A DNA stretch of 64,000 bases from an uncultured bacterium (GCA_963710755.1 CAVQBK010000002.1:198273-262272); one strand, 5' to 3'. Positions 13,463-23,696 are shown, counted from the first letter of the stretch. The notes: generated by a model from the sequence alone, not told the origin. Translations and numbers: made by a program.

Positions 13463-14464
13463 TCAAAGCCCCAACCCTTTAAAGTGATCCTTAGCTTTCT
13501 CCAGGACCTTGGTGGGATCAAGGTCTGCCACCACGCCGCTTGGAGAAATGATCACCTCATGCTGCTGCCGGTCATAGGGATGCCATTCAGCCAGAGGCTC
13601 GTCAGTCCACAGGGTCAAGGTGGGTGTGCCCAGGGCACAGGCCATGTGCTTGGGCCCCGAGTCCGCAGTAACCATGCCGGCAGCCTGTTTGATCAGGGCT
13701 GCCGCTGCTTTGAGACTGCCTTGAAATACAGCCAAATGATCACCCAGCACTTGTTGAACCTCTGCTGTCAGGATTTTTTCCTGCGGTCCGGCCAGTAGTA
13801 CCCAGGGCACCGGACTTTCGTGCCTGGCCAATTGGACAAAGCGGATCACCGCAGCAGCAGGCCAGCGTTTTCTGGCCGTGCCGGCGCCGGGAGCCAACAG
13901 CATAAATGGCCGGGAGCTGTCCAGATGCCGGTGTTTTAAAAAAACCTGCATTTCCTGTTCCGCTGCAGTGGTCAACCTCAAGGTTAATGAGGACGCCCCG
14001 GGGGTGATGCCCAAGGCCCGTACTGCATCCAAGTCGCGTTCTATGCTGGACTTGGCTTCTTTGCGGGCAGTGATGGGGATGGTGCCAAAATAATTGCGGC
14101 CGCTATGATTGTGCACCACCCGCTGGGCACAGCCGGAAAGCCAGGCCAGCAAAGCTGTCCGGAAAGAGGCATGCAAGGCCACCACCAGATCAAAACGGGC
14201 TTGTCTCAATTGGAGCAGAAACCGCAGGTAGGTGATGGGGCCCATATGCTTATCAAAACACCAGATACGGTCCACATCAGGATTATCAGCGAGCATGGGG
14301 GCGGCCGCAGGACTGACCAAGGCGGTGATGGTTGCCTGAGGAAAGGCTTGGCGCAAGCTGGCACAGGTTGGCGTGGCCAGGAGGGTATCCCCGAGAGCGC
14401 GAATTTTTATAATCAAAATACGGTGATAATCCATGGAACGCTGGGTTTTCCTAGTTCTTTTCAT
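13463..14464 (-). CDS. Glycosyltransferase family 9
   Basis: IRALGDTLL, APGAG..RKRWP, TADSGPKHMA. Confidence 0.9.
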   Translation of the reverse strand: MKRTRKTQRSMDYHRILIIKIRALGDTLLATPTCASLRQAFPQATITALVSPAAAPMLADNPDVDRIWCFDKHMGPITYLRFLLQLRQARFDLVVALHASFRTALLAWLSGCAQRVVHNHSGRNYFGTIPITARKEAKSSIERDLDAVRALGITPGASSLTLRLTTAAEQEMQVFLKHRHLDSSRPFMLLAPGAGTARKRWPAAAVIRFVQLARHESPVPWVLLAGPQEKILTAEVQQVLGDHLAVFQGSLKAAAALIKQAAGMVTADSGPKHMACALGTPTLTLWTDEPLAEWHPYDRQQHEVIISPSGVVADLDPTKVLEKAKDHFKGLGL

Positions 14465-14470
14465 ACCAGC

Positions 14471-15487
14471 TCAAGCCCGGGCCGGCAGCAGGCGCTGCAC
14501 TTGGGTCCATACCTGCTCCACGGTGATAGTTTGCATGCACTGCATATTTTTTAAAGGACATTCATTTTTAACGCAGGGAGCACAGCTCAACTGTTCGTTG
14601 CGGATATAAACGCTTTGGGATCCAAAGGGGCCGGTCACCCGGTGATCAGCCGCGCCTTGCAATACCAGCACCGGCACCTGCTGAGCATAGGCCATGTGCA
14701 TGGCACCTGAATCATTGCTGATGACCAAATCCAATTTCTCAATGACCGCCAGGCCCGTATCCAGATCGGTTTTGCCGGCCGTGATGATCACCTCGCCCCC
14801 GGCTTGTCGGGCTACCTGCTCAGCCAGGGGTAAATCAGCCGGTGACCCGAGCAGCACGACTTGCACCCCTTGGGCTTGAAGCAGGGTGGTCAGTTGGGCA
14901 TAACGTTCCCAGGGCCAGCGTCTGCTGGGCGCTACCGAGCCGGGGGCCAAGCCTACCCTCACCCCAGTGGTGGCCGGCAACATGGTCTCAGCCGCAGCCT
15001 GAGCATGGCTGGAAGGTGCAGCAGCAAAACCCCAGGCAGAGGCTGTTCCCGGATCGACCTTCAGGACACTCAACAGATGCAGATAACTTTGTGGCCTCGA
15101 CCCCTGGCGCAGCGCTTTGGTCCAAGACAGACCACGGGATAACAAAAGTGCCCGGCCTTGGGTACGGTAGCCAATGCGTTTGGGTATGGCAGCCCAAAAA
15201 GCCATCCAGGCGGCAGAGAAGGAATGAGGCAAAATCAGGACCACATCATACCGGCCCTGCCGCAGACGTTTGACTGTACTCAGCCAGGACCGTAACTTCC
15301 CGTGCCCATGGGAAGGTAATGGGATCACCGTGGATACCTCAGGCAGGTTCTCCCATACTGCGGCCACCCAGGGTTTGGCCAAAATGTGGAGATCACATTG
15401 GGGCCAGCGTTTTTTTATAGCCTTGGCCAAAGGGGTGGCCATGATGGCATCACCCACCCAGTTGGGGCTTCTTAACAATAGTTTCAT
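14471..15487 (-). CDS. waaF: LPS heptosyltransferase II (GT9, WaaF-like)
   Basis: N-terminal RSPNWVGDAIMA, typical of WaaF; SRRWP, SNDSGAMHMA, CAPC..ECP. Confidence 0.8.
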   Translation of the reverse strand: MKLLLRSPNWVGDAIMATPLAKAIKKRWPQCDLHILAKPWVAAVWENLPEVSTVIPLPSHGHGKLRSWLSTVKRLRQGRYDVVLILPHSFSAAWMAFWAAIPKRIGYRTQGRALLLSRGLSWTKALRQGSRPQSYLHLLSVLKVDPGTASAWGFAAAPSSHAQAAAETMLPATTGVRVGLAPGSVAPSRRWPWERYAQLTTLLQAQGVQVVLLGSPADLPLAEQVARQAGGEVIITAGKTDLDTGLAVIEKLDLVISNDSGAMHMAYAQQVPVLVLQGAADHRVTGPFGSQSVYIRNEQLSCAPCVKNECPLKNMQCMQTITVEQVWTQVQRLLPARA

Positions 15488-15721
15488 TTTTTTCCTATCT
15501 ATCCATTCCTAAACCGGCAAAGCCGGAATTAAATGCTATTTTTCATGCCAAGTTCGCGAAGGCGTCCCTTTATAATAACAGCTAACCAGTGGGGCAAAGA
15601 AAGATTAAAACCTTCAAAGGTTAGCTGCTTTATGTATCTTATGTTTATTTTGTTCTCCTTGCCGCCTTGACGTGAAATGATTTTTTTTAAGAAACTTATC
15701 CGACCTTGATCCAGCAGGAGG

Positions 15722-16525
15722 CTATACTTTTTTAGCACGTTTAAACAAGGTTCTTAAGACCGGCAGGAGCTGCCCCTGCTGCTGATAAGCTTCCCAGACC
15801 TTGAGTTCCGTCACCAGCACATAGAGCGCGGAAAAACTGTGAAACATCCACCCTTCCGCGCCATCCTTAAAACCGCCTTGAAACAAGAAGGCTTTGATAA
15901 ACCGGTGCAAGGGTTTGATCAATAAATCATACCCCGTGGGATGGTGCTGTTTTTCCAGTAACCGCTGCGCTTCCACGGTGGTGTAGGTGTTGAGTTTTTG
16001 GAAGTAATGGGCAATATTACGATAGGAATAATGCAGGATGTCGTGCTGCAGCCGCTCCACCGAGCCGTCCACCACAATCCCCCGATGCAGGCCGACTTCC
16101 GGATAACCGCCTTTTTGCCTTTTAAAAAAGCGCAGATGCAAATCAGGGTATAAATTGCCATGCTGAAGCCATTTGCCAAAGTGATAATTGCGAATGGGCA
16201 CCCAATAGCCGTCGGCAGCCGCAGGCTGTGCAGCCACGGTCTTGATCTCACGAGCCAGCTCCTCGGTCACCCGCTCATCAGCATCCAGAATAAAAACCCA
16301 ATCCCCGGTCAGGCAAGAGAGCCCAAATACACGGGCTGGTTCCGGATAGCCGTGATGACCTCGGAAGGTTTCAATACGCGCTCCGGCTTCGCGGGCCAAG
16401 GCCACCGTATTGTCCGTGCTTTCATTGTCCACCACCACCACTTCATCGGCAAAACTCAGGGACTTAAGGCAGGCCTCAATGTGGTAGGCTTCATTGTAAG
16501 TATGAACCACAGCGGAAATGGTCAT
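15722..16525 (-). CDS. Glycosyltransferase family 2 (WaaE/KdtX-like)
   Basis: TYNEA, VVDNESTDNT, WVFILDADE, KLNTYTT, GGFKDG. Confidence 0.88.
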   Translation of the reverse strand: MTISAVVHTYNEAYHIEACLKSLSFADEVVVVDNESTDNTVALAREAGARIETFRGHHGYPEPARVFGLSCLTGDWVFILDADERVTEELAREIKTVAAQPAAADGYWVPIRNYHFGKWLQHGNLYPDLHLRFFKRQKGGYPEVGLHRGIVVDGSVERLQHDILHYSYRNIAHYFQKLNTYTTVEAQRLLEKQHHPTGYDLLIKPLHRFIKAFLFQGGFKDGAEGWMFHSFSALYVLVTELKVWEAYQQQGQLLPVLRTLFKRAKKV

Positions 16526-17693
16526 GCCCGGCCTGTGATGGTCTTTAAATAAAACTGTTCATATGCTTTGACCATATCCTGCTTATTAAACATTTTGCGT
16601 ACTTGATATTTGGCGCTCTCTCCCATCTGCATCCTTTTAAGGGGATTGCAAATGAGGTGGTAAATGGCATCAGCCATAGCACTGGCATTTTGCGCAGGCA
16701 CCAACAGACCGGTTTCATTGTGTTTGACGATTTCCGGCACACCACCTGCATTGGTGGCCACCACCGGCAGGCCGTGGGCCATGGCCTCCACCAGCACCAG
16801 GCCAAAAGGTTCGCAATCACTGGGCAGCACGAAAATATCCAGCGCTGACATAAAGCGGCTCACCTCTTTCTGATAACCGGGAAAAAAGATAGCATTGAGG
16901 GCACGCAATACCCGGGCCCGCATGATGATGGTGGTGGAATAGGACGAATCCTGACGATAAGCCTTGCCCCCCAGTAAAAATTTCACACTGGGGTTCCAGC
17001 GCATGATCATTTCTCCAGCAGCAATGAATTGGGGGAAGCCTTTATTGGGCCGCCAAATGCCGGTGGTACCCACCACCGGCGCACCCACGTCAATGCCCAA
17101 CTCCTCGCGCAGGCTGGAAGGAAATTCTTTTTCCACTTCCACATTGGTGGAGCAATAGATGCGTTCGGTTTTGGCTTCATCAATACCGTAACTTTGCACC
17201 AATCGTTTCACATAATCGGAAATGCAGATAAAGGTATGGGTTTTATCGGCCATGCGGGCCATGTTGCGGGCCACGTATCCCGGCCGGTTCTTCATTTTCT
17301 CACTCATGGGGCCACCAGCCAAACCATGGGAATTTTGGCCCAATGACAGGGATAGGCCGCCAATTTGGCTTCCTGTAAACCACTGACATGAACCAACTTA
17401 AATGGAATCTGCTTGATATAGCGATAAAATTTCCAAAGCGCAGGAATGGACCGGTGGAGATTGCGCCATTTGGCTTTGGGAAAAGGGATGATTTTCGGCT
17501 CCAACCCTTTTTGCCTCAAGCTGTCCGCGAACAGGCCCTCTTCACAGCACACCACATAAGGCGTGAAGCGCGATCTGTCCAAGCCTTCGAGCAAGGTAAG
17601 CAAATGAATCTGTCCGCCGCCAATGGTCCCGTGGTAATTGACGAAAAGAATGGGATAGGGTTCCATGAGCTGCGTTTGGATGTTCTTGGACAT
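16522..17693 (-). CDS. Glycosyltransferase family 4, split by a 1-nt frameshift (sequence error or pseudogene)
   Basis: N-terminal ORF 17304-17693 (GGGQIHL) and C-terminal ORF (KGF, DIFVLPS..EPFGLVLVEAMA, GGVPEIV). Adding one C to the GGCCCC-ATG run near 17308 joins them into ~390 aa. Confidence 0.82.
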
Positions 17694-17786
17694 GGTAGAG
17701 TCCCTGCTTTTACTAAGGTGTGTCAGAGTTTAACAACAAACCGGCCTGGGATCAATGGAGAAATGACCCTCCCGGACGGTGGCGCG

Positions 17787-18944
17787 TCAAGGCCTGCCGA
17801 CTACCAGACAGGCGGCTTTTTGATCCTCCTCCAGGGCCAGGATCATCACTGTGCGCATCTCTAAAGACCGGACTTGACGGTCCAGCTGGACGTGGTCATA
17901 AATTTCGGGATGGCTTAAATTAACTGTAGGCGGCAGTTTCCCTTGTCTCATGGCTTCCAGAGCCACCACCGTGGCCATGGCACCAAAGGCATGGCCTGTC
18001 TCTCCCCAGGCGCCTTTCAGAGCCACCGCCGGCAACCGTGGGGGCAAAACTTTTTTAAGGGCTGCATTTTCCATGTCATCTTGTTGGACATACCCATTGG
18101 CTGCCAATAACAAGGCATCAATCTCCTGCGGTTGGCAGCGGGCCATGGCTAGGGCCTGGTTCATGGCTCTGACCGCAGCCTCCGGCCCATGGGCGCCATA
18201 TTGACTGGCCAAACCAAACCCCTGCAACTCACCCAACAAAGGCATACCCAAAGCCATGGCTTGCTGACGCTCCATTAATTGCATCAAGCCGCAACCTTCA
18301 CCTCCAGCTACCTGACCTGATGGAACATGGCTAAAAAGGGATGGGCGCCGGTCTTCCTTATTATACACAGCCAGACCTTGCAGTTCCTCCGGTGATTGCT
18401 GCTCTGTGGCCCCTGCCCATATTAGTCGGCTCCGTTTGGTGACCAGGGCCTGGGCCCCAAAAAACAGGGCTTCCAAACCAGCCGTAGGGCCTGACGACAA
18501 GGTCAGGCTCATAGCGGCAAGGCCATGTCTGATCGCGCTGTGAGCGGCTGGAGCATTGCTGGGCAGATTGATAAACATCTGGGGATGAATTAAATTGAGC
18601 TGTCTCTGATGAAGGGCATGGAGGATTTCATCAGGATAAGGATTGATCTTGCAGGCCACCACCATGCCCTGTTCCTGAAGGGGCACGGCCGTCGTTGGGC
18701 TTTCCCCAAGCCTTTGGGCCGCATAGCCGAGCATAAGGCTTTCTTTTTGAGCTTGCCGCCAGCCGGTGCCCTGCAATTGGGTTTTAATCTCAGTGGTCAC
18801 CAGGCCCGCAGGGAAGGTTACCGGTCCCAGAGACAGGGCCCTAAAGGCCTGCTCACCGGCAAAAAGCCTGTTGACCGCCTGCTCATGGTCAATCCCTAAT
18901 GAACAAATAATATGGGCATGGGTAATGACAATGCTGTCCTGCAT
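17787..18944 (-). CDS. Catalytically degenerate beta-ketoacyl synthase (chain-length-factor-like)
   Basis: KS-fold motifs (FINLPSNAPA, GEGCG, ALKGAWG, LPPTVN). The Cys-His-His positions read SGPTAG / AANG / GET, so all three residues are lost. Confidence 0.8.
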   Translation of the reverse strand: MQDSIVITHAHIICSLGIDHEQAVNRLFAGEQAFRALSLGPVTFPAGLVTTEIKTQLQGTGWRQAQKESLMLGYAAQRLGESPTTAVPLQEQGMVVACKINPYPDEILHALHQRQLNLIHPQMFINLPSNAPAAHSAIRHGLAAMSLTLSSGPTAGLEALFFGAQALVTKRSRLIWAGATEQQSPEELQGLAVYNKEDRRPSLFSHVPSGQVAGGEGCGLMQLMERQQAMALGMPLLGELQGFGLASQYGAHGPEAAVRAMNQALAMARCQPQEIDALLLAANGYVQQDDMENAALKKVLPPRLPAVALKGAWGETGHAFGAMATVVALEAMRQGKLPPTVNLSHPEIYDHVQLDRQVRSLEMRTVMILALEEDQKAACLVVGRP

Positions 18945-19023
18945 GGGATGCTCCGTAATTAGGCTGATACCTTCAACCGTTTCGACAAGCCCGGCGGCCG
19001 GAGTAAGCCAATGACTTATGAAC

Positions 19024-20256
19024 TTAGTTTTCCACAGCCTTAAACACTACCGCGCAATTGGCGCCGCCAAAGGCCGCGGCATTGGTCAAACACGTACGCA
19101 AGGTCCCTGGCCGCGGCTGTTTACTCACCACATTCACCGGACATTGGGGATCGGGCTGCTCATGATTAACGGTTGGCGGCAGCACCTGCTGGTTAAGACT
19201 GGTAATAGCCAGACAGGCTTCAATCAGGCCGGCAGCAGCAATAGTATGCCCGACAGCCGCTTTGGCCGCGGTTACAGGCACAGCACGACCGCCAAAAACC
19301 TGGACCAGGGCGTTGGCTTCAATCATATCATTGGCGATGGTGCCTGTCCCGTGGGCAAAAACACCATCCACCTCATCAGGACCGAGCCGGCTATCCTTCA
19401 AGGCCTGACTCATGGCTTGGACCATGCCCTGACCTTGCGGTTGCGGAGCCACCAGATGATAGGCATCATTGGACCAACCGTACCCCAGCACTTCCGCCTT
19501 GGCTTGGGCCTGTCGTCTTTTCAGACTGCTTTCAGTCTCCAAAAGCAAAGCCGCGCAGCCATCGCCCAGAACCAAGCCCTGACGGTGGCGATCAAAGGGT
19601 CTACAAAAATCAGGCGCCAAAACACGCAAACTGCAAAAACCTGAAAAAATGTAAGGCGAGGTAATATCCACACCTACACACAACGCTTGCGCGCTTAAGC
19701 CCTGGCGAAGATGGGCCACAGCACTGGCCAAAGCATACCCTCCGGCAGCACAGGCGTTGCTGTTGAGGACCAACCAGCCTTGCAGGCCCAAGGCCCGGGC
19801 GGTTTGTGTCAATACGCTGCTGGTTGGATAACCAGGCCGATGAACCGGCAAATTTTCCTCTTCACCAAGGGCAGGAGCGTCGTTTAGCCAGGTTTTCTGC
19901 AAGTGTTGGATATGGGCCAGAAAATCACCCTGAGTCGTGGCCAGAAATAATGGGAGCTGTGGTTGGCCGGCCTTACCGTCAGGCATTAATAAAGCCGCCT
20001 GCGCCAATACGCTGCGACTGCACGCCAGAGTTAATTGCACCGCCGGATCAAGGGCGTGGTTTTCTTCCGGAGTTAACTGCGGCCATTGGCTAAATGTTTT
20101 AATCTCGGCTGCCCGATGCATTGGCAACCACTGGGTATCAAAATGCTCGACCGGCGCAATTCCGCATTGCCCCTTCAGCAGGGCCTGCCATAGGCTATGC
20201 TGATCCCGTCCCAAGCTGGTAATACTTTCCAAAGCTGTAATAAATAGGCGTTCCAT
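19024..20256 (-). CDS. Beta-ketoacyl-ACP synthase (FabF-like, active)
   Basis: NACAAG, CRPFD...GLVLGDG, AHGTGT, GHT, AFGGAN: intact Cys-His-His triad. Confidence 0.92.
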   Translation of the reverse strand: MERLFITALESITSLGRDQHSLWQALLKGQCGIAPVEHFDTQWLPMHRAAEIKTFSQWPQLTPEENHALDPAVQLTLACSRSVLAQAALLMPDGKAGQPQLPLFLATTQGDFLAHIQHLQKTWLNDAPALGEEENLPVHRPGYPTSSVLTQTARALGLQGWLVLNSNACAAGGYALASAVAHLRQGLSAQALCVGVDITSPYIFSGFCSLRVLAPDFCRPFDRHRQGLVLGDGCAALLLETESSLKRRQAQAKAEVLGYGWSNDAYHLVAPQPQGQGMVQAMSQALKDSRLGPDEVDGVFAHGTGTIANDMIEANALVQVFGGRAVPVTAAKAAVGHTIAAAGLIEACLAITSLNQQVLPPTVNHEQPDPQCPVNVVSKQPRPGTLRTCLTNAAAFGGANCAVVFKAVEN

Positions 20257-20290
20257 CAGGGTCCTTTTTTCTTTGGTTCAGCAGCCCACA

Positions 20291-20716
20291 TTAGGTACGC
20301 TGATTAAGGCCGACAACTGTTTGCCCAAAATAAAAATCGCCCTCAGTTAGCAGCTCGTCGTTTGAGGTGACCTGCACATGGTAGGCGGCCTGATGCTCCA
20401 TGGCTTTAAGCAAGCGGGCCTCAATTATTAGTGCTTCCCCGGGATAGGCTGGCCGTTGCCAGTGCACATTATGCAGGCGGGTAAGAAAAGACTGATACTG
20501 AAAACCACCGCGGTATTCATCCAGCCGTCCGGCCGTTTGAGCCATGGTCTCCACCAACACAAACCAGGCTAAACAAGGGGCACCGGTCTGGTCCGGGTAT
20601 AAGGACCATTCATTGGTTGTCACCATTTTTATAACCCGGCAGGACGTTTGATCACGCGTCAAGAGGCGATCGATAAAATCAAAAGGATAGACTTGGGACT
20701 TGCCTTCCTGGGCCAT
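20291..20716 (-). CDS. FabZ/FabA-like hot-dog-fold dehydratase homolog
   Basis: YPFDFIDR, LVETMAQ, PAYPGE.L.I. The usual GHFP His is absent. Start moved to ATG 20716 to avoid overlapping the lnt-like gene. Confidence 0.75.
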   Translation of the reverse strand: MAQEGKSQVYPFDFIDRLLTRDQTSCRVIKMVTTNEWSLYPDQTGAPCLAWFVLVETMAQTAGRLDEYRGGFQYQSFLTRLHNVHWQRPAYPGEALIIEARLLKAMEHQAAYHVQVTSNDELLTEGDFYFGQTVVGLNQRT

Positions 20717-20744
20717 TAGCCGCTGCTTTCCTGCTCCGGGCAAA

Positions 20745-22421
20745 TCAGGCCGATGGCTTGGCCCGAAACCAGTGCCAAGCAGTAAGAGCGCTAAACAACA
20801 CCACAATAATCAGGCAGAGCCAGGCAAATACATCCCCCAGGCGGACATAGACCGACGTGCCCCGCATGGCCGGCATATCCGTGACCAGTACGCTTTTGGT
20901 GAGATAAGGCGTGGATTTGCGCACCAAGCCCAGGGCGTCAATAACCACCGTGCCGCCCATACTGGCATTTTTGGCCACCCAGCGTCTGGTTTCAATGGCC
21001 CGGAAACGGGCATTGATGACATGTAAATAATAATCGGTGGGTTTACGGAACCAATTGTTGGCGGAAGGACAGAAAAACATTTCCGCCCCTTTTTTAGCGG
21101 CTTCCCGGAAATAAGTTGAATAAAACACTTCAGCACAAACTTTAGGGCTCACTTTAACACCTGCCATATTAAAAAGCTTCTCTTCCTGCCCCCGGTTCAG
21201 ATCATAAATATCCTCCCTGGGCGAGGAGAGGGCGCGCAAATCCATTCCCCGGTGGGTCAGACGATGGTAACCATCACTCAGCATGGTCATCAGTCCGCGC
21301 ATGGGCATATATTCTCCAAAGGGTGTCAAGTAGCGCTTGATATAATAATTAAGCACATGGCCGTTTTGATCCACATAATACCAGACATTGTAATTACGAT
21401 GGTCGTCACTGATGGACAACAGGCCCAGCATGGCCGGCATATGCACTTCTTCAAAAATGGATTTCAGGTCATACCACAAATTAACCGATTCCGGCAAAAA
21501 ACCGGGTACAGCATTTTCCGTTAGCACCAACACATCGGCTTTTTGGCTTGCAGCTTCCAGGGCCATTTCCCTAAGCATGCGGGTGACCCGGTATTCCGTG
21601 CCCCGGTCCCAGCGTTTTTCCATGGATACATCGTGATTGGTCTGTAAAAAAGCCGGCTTGATCATGGTGTCGCTTTGCGCCTGTTGTGCAGCGGCCCTGC
21701 CGGCATCAAGGTTGCCGAACAAAACAAGCAGCGCCATGAGGGCCGTAAGCCCCAGGCCAAGTCTCATGGCCTTGTGCCGCTCGTCAGAAGTCAAGGGCTG
21801 GACTTTGGGCCTTAGCCCCAGCCAGACCCTGGCCTTTTCCCAGCCCAGCAGCTTGTCATAGATCACCAGCACGCCGGCGGCACTGGCCAGGAGTCCCAGA
21901 AAAGCCGGACCGTAAATACCGGTAATGGAGGCCATTTGTACCAAGGGTAAAATGCCGGCCATGGGAATGGCAAAAAAGATGCTCGGCGGCGGAGAGAACC
22001 ACAGGCTCTGGGACAAAGAAATGCGCACGAATTCCTGGGTTACCAACAAGGCGGGCATGACCAGGATAAATGCCCAGCGGTAGCGCTGGGTAATCCAACT
22101 GGCCAGCCATCCCGTGAGGCCATACATAAGAAAAAGGACCACGCCCAGGAGGCCGTAAATCATCCAGGCAATGGCCGGGAAATATTCCATTTGGGTAAGG
22201 AAAAACGCGACCGGCATCATGATGGCCAAGCCGCTGAGCCCGCACCACAAAAAGGCTTTGCGGCCGTGATAACGAAGGGTTAAAAACATGAAGGGCGCCA
22301 TGCATAATAAAAAAGAAAGGAGCGAAAACCAAGTGGGCTCAAGAAAGGTATTGTTGGGCCAGGCAAAATAAGCATACAGGGCTTGCAGTGCAAACATCAG
22401 AAATAAATAACGTTTCTTCAC
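20745..22421 (-). CDS. Apolipoprotein N-acyltransferase (Lnt)-like protein
   Basis: Multi-TM N-terminus, LVQMASITGIYG, nitrilase triad motifs LTENA / YIKRYLTPFGEYMP / VCAEV, RFRAIETRR, and a C-terminal YVRLGD plus TM. Confidence 0.88.
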   Translation of the reverse strand: MKKRYLFLMFALQALYAYFAWPNNTFLEPTWFSLLSFLLCMAPFMFLTLRYHGRKAFLWCGLSGLAIMMPVAFFLTQMEYFPAIAWMIYGLLGVVLFLMYGLTGWLASWITQRYRWAFILVMPALLVTQEFVRISLSQSLWFSPPPSIFFAIPMAGILPLVQMASITGIYGPAFLGLLASAAGVLVIYDKLLGWEKARVWLGLRPKVQPLTSDERHKAMRLGLGLTALMALLVLFGNLDAGRAAAQQAQSDTMIKPAFLQTNHDVSMEKRWDRGTEYRVTRMLREMALEAASQKADVLVLTENAVPGFLPESVNLWYDLKSIFEEVHMPAMLGLLSISDDHRNYNVWYYVDQNGHVLNYYIKRYLTPFGEYMPMRGLMTMLSDGYHRLTHRGMDLRALSSPREDIYDLNRGQEEKLFNMAGVKVSPKVCAEVFYSTYFREAAKKGAEMFFCPSANNWFRKPTDYYLHVINARFRAIETRRWVAKNASMGGTVVIDALGLVRKSTPYLTKSVLVTDMPAMRGTSVYVRLGDVFAWLCLIIVVLFSALTAWHWFRAKPSA

Positions 22422-22487
22422 GTTGCTCGTCCTTTCCTCGCCTGAAAAGCAGCATGGTTCTGCCGGCCAGGCTGATGGCGCCTCGTT

Positions 22488-22724
22488 TTATTGGATCTTC
22501 TTTTCGATCAACTCAACCAAATCCTGTAAGGTATTAACGGTTTTGAATTCCGCTTCTTTGATCTCAATTTTAAAGGTACGTTCCAGGGCCACCAGGATTT
22601 CCAAAATCATCACGGAATCTGCCTGCATGAATTCATTCAGATTTTTGTCCAGGCATATGTCTTCAACCGGCAACTCCAGAATCTCAGCAATAATGGTCGT
22701 TAATTGATCGGCAATAACGGACAT
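22488..22724 (-). CDS. Acyl carrier protein
   Basis: Small acidic protein with ADSVMILEILVALE (Ppant Ser) and F.I.I; GGGGAG RBS. Confidence 0.88.
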   Translation of the reverse strand: MSVIADQLTTIIAEILELPVEDICLDKNLNEFMQADSVMILEILVALERTFKIEIKEAEFKTVNTLQDLVELIEKKIQ

Positions 22725-22800
22725 GCCCACACTCCCCTGGAGGTTTGGTCCTTTTAGGAACCCTTAATACCATACACTAGCAAAAGTCCAAATGCAATCC

Positions 22801-23559
22801 TTAAGCCTTGGCCTGCTTCAGCAGTTCCCAATGCTTGCTGTGCTTGATGAGGGTATTGTAACTGGACAACAAACAGAGCACCAGTCCCGGAAACCCGTCA
22901 CGCCAACCGGCTTTGAGCAAATACATTTTTAAAAAAGTCCACAGGGGATCACCCCACCAGCGCAGGCGGGTGAGCTTTTTGCCTCTGGCCATACGGTCCT
23001 GCGCGGCCAAGCTGGTGTAATGATTAAGCCGCTCCATATAAGCAGTAAGATCGGGATAGGAATAATGGTTGAGCAGTGCCTTGAGCCGGCCCATCTGCCC
23101 CTGCACCAGCAGGCGCTCATGCACTGCCTTTTCTTCGAAGCGCCCCTGACCGGCTTTGAAAAGACGCAGCTGATAATCAGGGGCCCAACCGCAGCCTTTG
23201 ATGGCGCGGTTAAGAAAAAAATTGCGCCGTGACAGCCAAAAGCCGGTACACCCTTTGGGATTGTCCACACGTTGCCGGATTTCCCGGGCCAGCTCAGGAG
23301 TGACGATTTCATCGGCATCAATGGACAAAACCCAACCATCATGAACCTCGCCCACCAGATGGTTCTTGGTGATACCATACCCTTCCCAGGCCACGGTTTT
23401 GACCAGGGCGCCCTGCGCTTCTGCCAATGGCACTGTTTCATCAGCAGACCCGTTCTCACCCACCACCACCTGATCACAAAAGGATAAGGCCTGCACGCAT
23501 TGGGCAATGGTGCGCGCTGCATTTTTGGCAATGATGATAGCCGTTATTTTTTCGGACAT
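22801..23559 (-). CDS. Glycosyltransferase family 2 (WaaE/KdtX-like)
   Basis: WEGYG..KN, WVLSIDADE, VHE, LNHYS, GWRDG. Confidence 0.88.
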   Translation of the reverse strand: MSEKITAIIIAKNAARTIAQCVQALSFCDQVVVGENGSADETVPLAEAQGALVKTVAWEGYGITKNHLVGEVHDGWVLSIDADEIVTPELAREIRQRVDNPKGCTGFWLSRRNFFLNRAIKGCGWAPDYQLRLFKAGQGRFEEKAVHERLLVQGQMGRLKALLNHYSYPDLTAYMERLNHYTSLAAQDRMARGKKLTRLRWWGDPLWTFLKMYLLKAGWRDGFPGLVLCLLSSYNTLIKHSKHWELLKQAKA

Positions 23560-23696
23560 AGGGCAATCCCTCGTTTGAAAATAGGATCCTTTAACCTTTT
23601 TTTATTGCAGGTAACCGGCTGCTTGTCCGGCGCCTGCCGGCATAACCATGCCTATTAAATAGGGGCAAATTAAAACTGCCGTTTACGCCAAAGAAA

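Noticed and set aside
15529-15738. 69-aa ORF in an AT-rich gap of the LPS operon
   Set aside because: Overlaps the GT2 end and has no recognisable motif or RBS.
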